From positions 297,033 through 361,032 of the forward strand of contig JAHLLH010000002.1 in the NCBI GenBank assembly GCA_020444265.1: DNA of 64,000 nt, written 5' to 3'. The stretch is from a bacterium (GTDB lineage: Bacteria > Electryoneota > Electryoneia > Electryoneales > Electryoneaceae). Numbering within the stretch: the stretch's first letter is position 1; every line of letters begins with the position of its first letter. The notes below the pieces were generated by a model. The model was not told the DNA's origin. It saw only the letters and a program-made list of their open reading frames with translations, and searched no databases. This document shows, piece by piece, positions 49,324 to 58,179 of this stretch. Position numbers and translations under genes: made by a program.

Positions 49324-52300
49324 ATGAAAAAATTCGCGTACGTATGGTTGATCGCAAGCATGGTTGTTTCTTCGGCTGCAGCGAAGACCACTCCTGGTGT
49401 TTCCACACAGTTTCCGGAACGTACCACAGATGTGGTTACATCCCTTCCGCTAATTGGGTCGAACGTGGCAATTAATAGCCCCGAATACGCAGAAGTGACC
49501 TTCGATAGTGGGAAGCTGTATGTCTCAGGAACGTCTCCCGGACTCCAGATTCACGATGTCTCTTCTCTACCAAGCATAACCCCGCTTGGAATCTACTCCG
49601 GTGATCAGACGTACGGTCTTGGTGTTTCCGGCAATACTGCGCTGGTGGGTGGTACAGGAGATTTCAGCGGTTATATACCTTTTTACGTGCTGGATGTAAG
49701 TAACCCATCATCGCCTGCACAAGTGGGTTCAGGAACGGTGACTGGTTTATCAGATGGTCCGTCCATTGTCAGTGTGCAACTCTTCGGTACAACTGCCGCT
49801 ATTCTTTCAAAGGACCTGCTCCATGGCAGTCAACTCGACTTCTGGGATATATCTACTCCGTCCAGCCCCACCCGGATCAGTTCTGGTACGCCCCCAGCAG
49901 CCGTTACATATGAATCAGAATTGTACCTTTCCGGCACAAAGCTCTATCAGTTGGGGAATAGTGGCGCGGGGGTTGTGGACGTAAGTGATCCCGCCAATCC
50001 AACACACCTGAGCTCGTTCTCTGTAAATACCAGTCCCCAGGCATCACTTACTGCAATTGCAGGCAAAGATGAGATGGTCTTTATTGGCGACGCGAATGGT
50101 AGTGTAAAGTTCTTCGACACATCCGTCTCACCCGCCGTTGAAACCGGATCAATCCAGCTTGGCCAGGGAGTGAAGGATTTGTTGATTGAAGGTGATTATC
50201 TCCTGGCGCTCACAAGTGAGCAGCTTACTGTGTACCACATCGGCCGAGTGGCTGAGGGAGATGCGTACCTCACAGGTTCCCAGGGCGACTTTACTTCTGC
50301 TCACCATGTTCTTGGTGATGGGACTACGGTCTATATCCTTGAGGATGATCACATTTTCGCCTATGATGCCACCCAGGCGTACGTGGAGCCCTCCTTTCCG
50401 GTGATCACCTACACGGAAACGGTGACAAGCGGTTTTCCTGAGATTCAGAGTTCCTTGAGTGTCACAGAGGTATTTGACAGCAACACGCCTTACACGGGCT
50501 TGACCTCGGACAACTTTACTCTTACCGAGAACCTCTCCAGCCAGACAATCTCCGTCCAGGAAGGCACTCCGGGCTCCTACGTTCTGACCTATACCACTGA
50601 AGACTTGAGTGGACAAGGTCAGAGTCGTGATCTTCATCTCGTCCTCACGTACGAGGGTGAAGCGACCGATTCGGTGGATGTGACCTATGTCGTGCCTTCG
50701 ATCGAACTAACGGTTGGCACCGTTGATGTCAGCGAATTCCCGTCCATCAGCTTCCCTGCAACCGTGGTGAACGAGAACGGTGTGAAGCGGACCGGGTTGA
50801 CGACTGCCCATTTCGAGTTGGTGGAAAATGCGGTGACCCAGACCGTGTCGTCCGTGACGGAGCAGGCAGACAGCACCTACATCGTTGGCTATACACCCAC
50901 AGACCTCAGCCATGTTGGGAATCTCCGTACGCTCAACGTAACCATCGACTACAATGGGCTTGAGGCATTTGCATCCGTGGATTATACCGAGCCCACTATT
51001 GCGCCGGCCCTTTCCGTCGAGCTGGTTGACGGGTTGCTCAACTTCCCCACGCTGACGGTGATGATGCAGGTGACAGACGAAATCGAGATACCTGTAGCAG
51101 GTCTTGCCGCTTCTGATATTACGGTGGAAGAAAATGGAATCGTTCCGGAGCAAGTGTCTTTCGGCAACGTAGGTGACGGTTATTACATCATCGGTTATAC
51201 GTCACCGAACGGAATTCCGGACGGCACCACCCGTTCTGTCGAGTATTCCGTAACAAGTGGTGACCTGTCCGACGTGGCAAGCACCACCTATGATGCTCCG
51301 CTGCCCCCGAGCCTGACCATTGGCAATGGCGAAGCTGTGCTGCCAAACGTGGCGGATGTTCCGATTACAGTGGAGAGCTTCGGCAATGTCTCGGTCATGG
51401 AATTCTACATCAACTACGATCCGTCCAAGGTGACCTTTGAGAACATCACAAGCGACGTTGCCGAAGGAATCGTTTTCAATGCATCCGACGGCAACCTCAT
51501 CCTCTCCTGGTTCTCGACCAACCCGATGTACCTGGACGATGGCGACACGTTGCTGACGATGCATTTCGCCACGGATGGCTTCGAGGCCGCTGGCTATGAG
51601 ACCTCCCCGGTAACCTGGGCGGAGGGCACCTATATGGCCAACTACGATGCCGATCTCTTCGAAGGGATCACCTATGAGGATGGTTCGGTGATCGGCCTTT
51701 CGCATGCTGACATTTCAGGTGTCTTGTCCTACTTCACCAGCTCGATCCCACTCGCAGGCGCCGAAGTTGGCCTCGTCGGTGACACCACGTTGTCAGCAAC
51801 CAGCGACGAGAACGGTGCGTATCTCTTCGAAGCAATACTGCCCGGGAGCTACAGTGTGGGAGTCCTGATGAGCGATGAGGGCCATCCCGGGGTCAACACT
51901 CTCGATGCGTATCGTATCCAGATATCCCTGGATGACATCAATCCTTTCGAATCCGGGTACCAGTACTTCGCCGCCGATGTCGATCAGACTCACTTGGTCA
52001 ACACGATGGATGCCTACAAGATCCAGCGTGTGGTGGTCGGGCTCGACGAGGGCTTTGATGCGCCCGATTGGGCATTCATCAGCAGCAGTTTTGCCATGAC
52101 GACCGAGAACTGGGCTGATGCGGAGCTGTACCGCAGCTTCGACCTGATGGGTATCGACAGCACTGGTCTGGATTTCTACGGGGTCCGTCGGGGTGATGCA
52201 AACAACTCCTGGCCAAACCTCTTCCTCGAAACAACCACTGAAGAGGAGATCACCGGCAGCCTGACCATCGCCGATGCGGTGGTGGGACCGGGTGGCAGGA

Positions 52301-52935
52301 CTACTGTCGAACTGGAAGCACTTGGCCTGGGCGAAATTGGTGCGCTGGAATGGCACCTCGAGTTCAATCCGGATGTGGTCACTCTGTTGGACTACGACCT
52401 GCCGGGGATCGGTGGCGAGGTGGTCACCACGACCGACAGCACCATCAGTGTCAGCTGGTTCAACGTCGCCTCGGCGATGAACTGCGATGCCCGTATCCTC
52501 GGCTATCTCACCTTTGAGGCTGTCGAACAGGTCAATGTCGAAAGCGACCTGCACCTATACAGAGTCGTACTCGGCGATGACTCGGGCGAAGAGCTGTGGA
52601 CGGATGTCCAGGATGGCACGATTACCGTTGCCAACATGTCGGACCTGAATTACCAGGGCGCCGAGTTGGTAAGCGAGTGGCAGCTGCGTCCAAGCTACCC
52701 GAACCCGTTCAACGCCTACACCACGCTCTCCTTTGATGTGAAGGATGCGAGCGAGGTGCAGATCCATATCTACAACGTGCTCGGCGACCTGGTCGAGACC
52801 CTCGTGCAGGGCAACCTGCCGAAGGGCCGTTACACGAAGAGTGTTAACGCTCAGAACTGGTCGTCCGGCACCTACTTCGTCGTCATGAAGACCCAATCCT
52901 TCAACAAGGTCCAGAAAATCGTCCTGTTGAAGTAA
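49324..52935 (+). CDS. Large secreted T9SS cargo protein (paralog): beta-propeller-like N-region, Ig-like repeats, cohesin-like, CarbopepD_reg-like, dockerin-like, cohesin-like, T9SS CTD
   Basis: Start MKKFAYVWLIASMVVSSAAA (alternative upstream ATG at 49285). C-terminal ~520 aa ~85-90% identical to 45252..49148. CTD EWQLRPSYPNPFNAYTTLSFDV...KIVLLK. Confidence 0.8.
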   Translation: MKKFAYVWLIASMVVSSAAAKTTPGVSTQFPERTTDVVTSLPLIGSNVAINSPEYAEVTFDSGKLYVSGTSPGLQIHDVSSLPSITPLGIYSGDQTYGLGVSGNTALVGGTGDFSGYIPFYVLDVSNPSSPAQVGSGTVTGLSDGPSIVSVQLFGTTAAILSKDLLHGSQLDFWDISTPSSPTRISSGTPPAAVTYESELYLSGTKLYQLGNSGAGVVDVSDPANPTHLSSFSVNTSPQASLTAIAGKDEMVFIGDANGSVKFFDTSVSPAVETGSIQLGQGVKDLLIEGDYLLALTSEQLTVYHIGRVAEGDAYLTGSQGDFTSAHHVLGDGTTVYILEDDHIFAYDATQAYVEPSFPVITYTETVTSGFPEIQSSLSVTEVFDSNTPYTGLTSDNFTLTENLSSQTISVQEGTPGSYVLTYTTEDLSGQGQSRDLHLVLTYEGEATDSVDVTYVVPSIELTVGTVDVSEFPSISFPATVVNENGVKRTGLTTAHFELVENAVTQTVSSVTEQADSTYIVGYTPTDLSHVGNLRTLNVTIDYNGLEAFASVDYTEPTIAPALSVELVDGLLNFPTLTVMMQVTDEIEIPVAGLAASDITVEENGIVPEQVSFGNVGDGYYIIGYTSPNGIPDGTTRSVEYSVTSGDLSDVASTTYDAPLPPSLTIGNGEAVLPNVADVPITVESFGNVSVMEFYINYDPSKVTFENITSDVAEGIVFNASDGNLILSWFSTNPMYLDDGDTLLTMHFATDGFEAAGYETSPVTWAEGTYMANYDADLFEGITYEDGSVIGLSHADISGVLSYFTSSIPLAGAEVGLVGDTTLSATSDENGAYLFEAILPGSYSVGVLMSDEGHPGVNTLDAYRIQISLDDINPFESGYQYFAADVDQTHLVNTMDAYKIQRVVVGLDEGFDAPDWAFISSSFAMTTENWADAELYRSFDLMGIDSTGLDFYGVRRGDANNSWPNLFLETTTEEEITGSLTIADAVVGPGGRTTVELEALGLGEIGALEWHLEFNPDVVTLLDYDLPGIGGEVVTTTDSTISVSWFNVASAMNCDARILGYLTFEAVEQVNVESDLHLYRVVLGDDSGEELWTDVQDGTITVANMSDLNYQGAELVSEWQLRPSYPNPFNAYTTLSFDVKDASEVQIHIYNVLGDLVETLVQGNLPKGRYTKSVNAQNWSSGTYFVVMKTQSFNKVQKIVLLK

Positions 52936-53073
52936 GGAAGAAGAGTAGCACATGATCTCAGCTTTGATACATTTTGCATCGATGCGGTTCGTTCGGGGAA
53001 GCGATGTTTCCCCGAACGGTCAGCTCGATCAAACAGCTATCGTCCCGCAGGGACAGGAGAACTTGAGGGGGCT

Positions 53074-56000
53074 ATGGGACTGAAAAAATCCAAACTGGCC
53101 GCACTGCTGTTGCTTGTCGCACTTCCGCTTGCAGCGAAAAGCCAGACCCTGGTACAGATTCCTGACCAGGTGGTCAACTCGGGTGAGACGGTCGAGGTTC
53201 CGCTCGTGGTCCAGGACTTCAACGACGTTGCTGTCTTCGAGATGTACATCGACTACTCGAGTTCCGTGCTCGAATATGTCTCGATGACCGGGCCGACTCC
53301 CTCGCCAGTAGTCAATGACGTTGGCGGCAGGACCATCATCTCATGGCTCAGTACCAACCTGCTTAGCCTCGAAGATGGCGAAACGTTGATGACCCTGACC
53401 TACCAGGTAAATGGTGCGCCGGGCGAATCGACAGTGATGGACTTCACCTCCAGTTCCTATCTGGCCGACGAGAACAGCCTGGTGATTCCGACCACCTTCG
53501 AAGATGGTCAGATCGAAGTCTTCAACCCGCAGCCTCCGGCGGCCTTCAACCTGGTTTCGCCCGCGAATGGGGCGTTGCTGACCACCCTGACACCTGAGCT
53601 GGTCTGGAATGCGACCACCGATCCAAACCCGGATGATGTTCCGACGTACAACATCTACCTCGATACCCAGGCCGACCTCTCGACCATGCAGCTTGTGGGC
53701 GAGGGAGTGAGTGAGGCGAGCTTCAGCCTGGATGCGTTGATTGACGACGAGACCTACTACTGGACCGTCTTCGCGACTGATGTGAACACCGACGGCACTT
53801 GGGCGTCGGATACTCTCTCATTCTCGACCGCAGTACCGGATCCTCCCTCCGCATTTTCTCTGATTACACCTGCAGAGGACGACACGCTGAACAGTACGGA
53901 GGTCTTTTTCCAGTGGGAAGCCTCTGTCGATCCCGATCCGGGCGAGAACGTGGTTTACGATGTCTACATCGACACGGATGCTGATATGGCTGAAGCAGTG
54001 CCGCTTCAGTCCTTGATTACAGACACGGAATTCACTTCGACGATCGAGGATGGCCTGACCTACTACTGGACCGTTCATGCGATCGATGCCTCCACCCTCG
54101 AGACGATTTCCTCGGACACGGTGATGTTTGTAGTCAACGAACCGGATCAGCCACTCGATTTTGCCTATGTCTCGCCCTCAGACGGCGCCGAATTGAACGA
54201 GCCCGAGGTGACGGTTCTTTGGCGCACCGCCGAAGATTCCGACTTGGCGGATCTCGTTATCTACCGGATTGAATGGGGCACCGACCCTGAGTTTGCCGAA
54301 TATTTTGAAACGACGACCACAGATACTACGTATACCATCACCGATCTTGCGAACCCGGCGAACCGTTCGAAACGTTTAACAGACTCGTCAGGTAGAGGTA
54401 ATGGCACCTCCGAACCGGACGATCTGCCGGACAACAGCACTGTGTTTTGGAGGGTTGTCGCGATAGACAGGTTTGGGTTGGAGACAGTAGGTCAAGAAAA
54501 TCAAGCGTGGTCGTTCACTGTTGAATTGCCCAACTCTCCCGAAGCGTTCACCCTGCTGACCCCGGAAGACGAGACAATCCTGGAGAGTCTGGATACATGG
54601 CTGACCTGGGAGGCGACCATCGATCCGGATGATGTGGAACGGTTGCAGCATTACGATGTCTGGCTCGATACCCAGGCCGACCTTTCGACGGCCCAGCTGA
54701 TCGCGGACAGCCTTGGTGACATTGAGCATTTTATCGCAGAGCTTGAGGACGATCAGAACTATTACTGGACGGTTCGGGCGACGGACGACAACACTGCGGG
54801 CAGATGGGCCTCCGACACGCTTTCCTTCAGCACGGCGTACCCCGAAGCGCCGCTTGCCTTCACTCTCATCTCGCCGGAAGAAGGCGCCGAAATTTCGGCC
54901 ACCAGCGCAACGCTGACCTGGAACGCGACCACCGATCCGGACCCGGATCAGATACCGACCTACGATGTCTGGTTGGATACGTTCCCGGACCTCTCGACCG
55001 GGCAGACGGTTGCTTCCGGCCTGACTGGCACCGAATTCACGGTTGAGGATCTGCTGGACGACCACACCTATTACTGGGCCGTCCATGCGACCGACAGCAA
55101 TACCCCGGGCACTTACTCGGACACCCTCTCCTTTGTCACCAACCAGCCCGAGTTGCCTTCCGAATTCTCCCTGCTGACACCGCTGGAGGATGACACGGTC
55201 TGGGCGGGTCTGGATACGACCCTGACTTGGGAAGCCTCGGTTGATCCGGACCTCGACCAGGTGCCGTTTTACGACGTATGGCTCGATACCCTGGCTGACC
55301 TCTCCACTGCTGAGTTGGTGGCGGACAGCATCGAACCAGCGGAGTTCCTGATCGCTGATCTACTGGATGACCACACCTACTACTGGACGGTTCGTGCGAC
55401 CGATATCAACTCGCCGGGACGGTGGGCGTCGGACACCCTCTTTTTCCACACTTACATGCCCGAGCAGCCGACCGCCTTCAGCTTGGCGGCACCAGCGGAC
55501 AGCACGGTGATCTCGTTCGATCCGCCATTCGATGTGGAGCTTTTCTGGCACCCCTCGGTCGATCCTGACCCGGAACAGACGGTGACCTATGACATCACCT
55601 GCGTTGTCAGTTCCAACTTTGCCGAGGACAGCACCTTTGTCTTCGCGGGGATTGCGGACACCAGTTATGTGATTAACATTCCTGACAGCCTGCACATCGA
55701 AACCTGGCCCGATACGATCAATGCCTTGTGGCATGTGGATGCAATCGCGGCAGGCGATACAGTGCGAAGCACGGAGACCTGGCTGATCATCTATGCGCCG
55801 CCGCTCGATGTAGCCGAGGGCCCGGATGGCCTGCCGCTCGTCTACGGTATCCAGTCGGCCTACCCGAACCCCTTCAACCCGACGATGACAGTGGAGATAA
55901 GCCTGCCACAGGCATCGCCTCTGCGTGTTGAGGCCTTTGATGTGTTGGGAAGGCGGGTTGCCCTGCTGCACCAGGGACGAGCTGAAGCGGGAGTTCGTCA

Positions 56001-56103
56001 GTTCGTTCTGGATGGCTCCAGCTTATCCAGCGGCGCCTATTTCGTGCGGGCCACCGTACCCGGAAAGATGAACCAGGTCCGTAAAGTGGTCCTGATGAAA
56101 TAG
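53074..56103 (+). CDS. Secreted T9SS cargo protein: N-terminal cohesin-like domain followed by ~8 tandem Fn3-like ~96-aa repeats and T9SS CTD
   Basis: Signal peptide MGLKKSKLAALLLLVALPLAA. Cohesin-like VNSGETVEVPLVVQDFNDVAVFEMYIDY. Repeats with consensus ...F.L.SP..GA....T..L.W.A..DPD.D..P.YD..LDT.ADLST.......TYYWTV.A.D.N....W.SDTLSF.T. CTD GIQSAYPNPFNPTMTVEISL...AYFVRAT...KVVLMK. Confidence 0.85.
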   Translation: MGLKKSKLAALLLLVALPLAAKSQTLVQIPDQVVNSGETVEVPLVVQDFNDVAVFEMYIDYSSSVLEYVSMTGPTPSPVVNDVGGRTIISWLSTNLLSLEDGETLMTLTYQVNGAPGESTVMDFTSSSYLADENSLVIPTTFEDGQIEVFNPQPPAAFNLVSPANGALLTTLTPELVWNATTDPNPDDVPTYNIYLDTQADLSTMQLVGEGVSEASFSLDALIDDETYYWTVFATDVNTDGTWASDTLSFSTAVPDPPSAFSLITPAEDDTLNSTEVFFQWEASVDPDPGENVVYDVYIDTDADMAEAVPLQSLITDTEFTSTIEDGLTYYWTVHAIDASTLETISSDTVMFVVNEPDQPLDFAYVSPSDGAELNEPEVTVLWRTAEDSDLADLVIYRIEWGTDPEFAEYFETTTTDTTYTITDLANPANRSKRLTDSSGRGNGTSEPDDLPDNSTVFWRVVAIDRFGLETVGQENQAWSFTVELPNSPEAFTLLTPEDETILESLDTWLTWEATIDPDDVERLQHYDVWLDTQADLSTAQLIADSLGDIEHFIAELEDDQNYYWTVRATDDNTAGRWASDTLSFSTAYPEAPLAFTLISPEEGAEISATSATLTWNATTDPDPDQIPTYDVWLDTFPDLSTGQTVASGLTGTEFTVEDLLDDHTYYWAVHATDSNTPGTYSDTLSFVTNQPELPSEFSLLTPLEDDTVWAGLDTTLTWEASVDPDLDQVPFYDVWLDTLADLSTAELVADSIEPAEFLIADLLDDHTYYWTVRATDINSPGRWASDTLFFHTYMPEQPTAFSLAAPADSTVISFDPPFDVELFWHPSVDPDPEQTVTYDITCVVSSNFAEDSTFVFAGIADTSYVINIPDSLHIETWPDTINALWHVDAIAAGDTVRSTETWLIIYAPPLDVAEGPDGLPLVYGIQSAYPNPFNPTMTVEISLPQASPLRVEAFDVLGRRVALLHQGRAEAGVRQFVLDGSSLSSGAYFVRATVPGKMNQVRKVVLMK
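53520..55800. repeat. Intragenic tandem repeats (~288 bp, ~8 copies) encoding Fn3-like modules in 53074..56103
   Basis: Protein repeats share YYWTV.ATD.N....WASDTLSFST and LDTQADLST motifs (GACCTACTACTGGACCGT / TATTACTGGACGGTTCG etc.). Divergent at DNA level but clearly periodic. Confidence 0.7.
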
Positions 56104-56128
56104 CATCCACCTTTTTGTTCTCACGCGT

Positions 56129-56172
56129 TGGGCAGCACCCCTCAGGTTTTTGAAGGGGTGCTGTTTTGTTCC
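56129..56172 (+). terminator. Rho-independent terminator downstream of 53074..56103
   Basis: GCACCCCT-CAGGTTTTTGA-AGGGGTGC stem followed by TGTTTTGTT. Confidence 0.6.
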
Positions 56173-56243
56173 GCCCGGTCCGAAAAGTCCCTACATTGCT
56201 GGCGAGTGGAAGAGAGTCATTTTGTCGGGAGGGGGGAAGCAGG

Positions 56244-56543
56244 ATGAGTGAGGCGCGTAAACAGTGGATGCAGCTGCCAGACATCGTCTTTCGCGATGAT
56301 TTTCAGGACGATGCTCTCCTCTTCGACCCGGAAACAGACAAGGCGTTTCGATTGAACCGTACAGGAGTTCTCGTATGGAACGCACTCGAACAGGGGGCGA
56401 CAGTCGAGGAAGTGATCGAGCGAGTCCGTGCGAAAACAAGCGACCACCCTGCCTCGCTTGAGGAGGATGTGCGTGCCTTTTTCCGGTTGCTACAGGAGAA
56501 GTCTCTGATCGGACGAGTCAGCGGGCTGAACGACCGAGGGTGA
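56244..56543 (+). CDS. PqqD-family protein (RiPP recognition element-like peptide chaperone)
   Basis: ~99 aa: LPDIVFRDDFQDDALLFDPETDKAFRLNRTGVLVWNALEQGATVEEVIERVRAKTSDHPASLEEDVRAFFRLLQEKSLI matches the PqqD/RRE pattern (D..LL.D..TG....LN.TG..IW..L..G.T..EI...L...Y......E...DV..FL..L...GLI). Start at MSEARKQW with GGGAGGGGGGAAG RBS. Confidence 0.75.
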   Translation: MSEARKQWMQLPDIVFRDDFQDDALLFDPETDKAFRLNRTGVLVWNALEQGATVEEVIERVRAKTSDHPASLEEDVRAFFRLLQEKSLIGRVSGLNDRG

Positions 56544-56547
56544 GTGA

Positions 56548-57420
56548 ATGAGCATCGCCTACCACCTGCAGCTAGCCGATGGCACCTGTTGGCAATTTGA
56601 AGCGGATACAGCCCTTACTCCCTGGTTGGCCGATTTTGCATCGATCCTCTCTCTTCCTGCTGCCGCTGACCCACCCGACTCCTCTTCATGGACCTTCTCG
56701 GTTCACTCCACAGCACCTTCTACCCTGTCCATTGATAGCCTTCAGTGGTCGATGTATGGAGTGAACTTCCAGCTCAGCGAATCCGAGAAAAAGGTCAGCG
56801 CTGTTGTACCAGCAAGCCTCGAGGGGGAGCGACGCATTTACTCGATGTGGTCGATGGTTCAGCCGCTCTATCGTCGAGCGACCCTGCGAGGAGGTGGACC
56901 GTTGCATGCTGCCCTGTTGGCGCGTCACGGGGTTGGTGTGCTGATCGCAGCACCTGGCGGGACGGGAAAAACCACCACCTTTCATCGTTTCAGCGAACCG
57001 TGGAAAAAGGTGACGGACGACGAACTGCTGGCGGTGAACACGGACTCCGGTTATGTAATCCACCCCTTCCCGACCTGGAGCCGATTTCTGCTCGATCCGG
57101 GGAACCATCGTTGGAATGTCAACCAGATGCTTCCCCTCGGTGCCTGCTTTTTCATGCAACAGGGGGAGGACGTACAGATCGACCGTCTCGGGCAGAGCGA
57201 AGCCGCGGTGCTGATCCATCAGTCGATGCGTCAAATCCTGCGACGAGGATGGCAGGCAGCTGGAACAGCGCAGGAAAAGAGACTGAAGCTTGCCGCCTTC
57301 GATTCCTCCTCGGAGCTCGCAAAGCAGGTGCCTTGCTGGAGACTGACCCTTCCACTCGAGGGGACGTTCAGCGACCAGATTGAAGAGGTGTTGAGGAGGG
57401 AGGGGGTGTGGGATGAGTGA
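56548..57420 (+). CDS. HPr kinase-related P-loop protein (HprK C-terminal-domain-like kinase)
   Basis: LHAALLARHGVGVLIAAPGGTGKTTTFHRF....VTDDELLAV matches the HprK catalytic-domain pattern (HAs.v..g.GVLI.G.SG.GKS...L...G..LvsDD.v). Starts 5 nt after the PqqD stop. Stop overlaps next gene start. Confidence 0.75.
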   Translation: MSIAYHLQLADGTCWQFEADTALTPWLADFASILSLPAAADPPDSSSWTFSVHSTAPSTLSIDSLQWSMYGVNFQLSESEKKVSAVVPASLEGERRIYSMWSMVQPLYRRATLRGGGPLHAALLARHGVGVLIAAPGGTGKTTTFHRFSEPWKKVTDDELLAVNTDSGYVIHPFPTWSRFLLDPGNHRWNVNQMLPLGACFFMQQGEDVQIDRLGQSEAAVLIHQSMRQILRRGWQAAGTAQEKRLKLAAFDSSSELAKQVPCWRLTLPLEGTFSDQIEEVLRREGVWDE

Positions 57421-58048
57421 AGCAGCACAGGATTCTCCTCACGCGGTGAACTCCTCAACGGGCGGGCATGAGGTACGGTTTGTCGGCACCAGCATGTCGC
57501 CACTCTTCACCTCCCTCGACCAATTGCGAATTGAACCGATCTCCTTTCAGGAGGTCCATCGCGGGGACATCCTCGTCTTTCAACACCCTTCCAAACCGAT
57601 CCAGGTGGTCCATCGTGCGGTCGAAGTGAAGGATGATTATGTCCGAACTCGTGGCGACAATTTGAGCGCTCCCGATCCTTATACCCTGACCGAACTGGAT
57701 CAGCTTCATCGTGTGGTTGGGGTTGCGCGAGGCGGTACCCTTCATTCCGTGCTGAATGGTCCAAAAGGTTTCCGTTATGCGAGACGGCGTCACCGGATCC
57801 TTCTCCTGCGTCGGAGCATCCGTCGCCCACTCCTGCTCGCCGTGCTGGGGGTCCATGCCATTGCCCCGGTGCTGCTGCAGCGCATTCTGCGGAAACATTT
57901 GCGAGTGGTAGACAAGCAGGTCAACGGAACCACCACGCAGCTCCTTCTGCTTGGAAAGCGACCAGTCGGAAAACGTGCCACAAGCCGCTCCGAATGGGAG
58001 CTGAACCCTCCTTTTGACAAGATTTTATCCACCACCCATCTGCCCTGA
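57413..58048 (+). CDS. S26-family (signal peptidase I-like) serine peptidase, soluble (no N-terminal TM anchor)
   Basis: GTSMSPLF (SPase I box B-like 'GxSMxPT'), GDILVFQHP (box C-like 'GDxVxF'), VRTRGDNLSAPDPYT (box D-like 'GDNRxxSxDSR'). No hydrophobic N-terminus. Translationally coupled to the kinase gene (ATG overlaps its stop). Confidence 0.65.
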   Translation: MSEAAQDSPHAVNSSTGGHEVRFVGTSMSPLFTSLDQLRIEPISFQEVHRGDILVFQHPSKPIQVVHRAVEVKDDYVRTRGDNLSAPDPYTLTELDQLHRVVGVARGGTLHSVLNGPKGFRYARRRHRILLLRRSIRRPLLLAVLGVHAIAPVLLQRILRKHLRVVDKQVNGTTTQLLLLGKRPVGKRATSRSEWELNPPFDKILSTTHLP

Positions 58049-58179
58049 ATACCGACCAGGCTCCGGGGGAACCGCACGAGCGGCGTTCTCCAAAGTGTGC
58101 TACCTTTCACAAGGTTGGTTGACGGGAAGTACATGGGGAATCCGTCTACCATCGAAACTTGTCTTGGGGGTTGGCAGGC

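Noticed and set aside
56244-58048. Interpretation as a lasso-peptide cluster
   Set aside because: Although PqqD-like (B1) and HprK-like kinase genes are typical of some lasso clusters, no Asn-synthetase-like cyclase (C) or transglutaminase-like protease (B2) is present in the window. The peptidase here is S26-type instead. Reported as a distinct, uncharacterised cassette.
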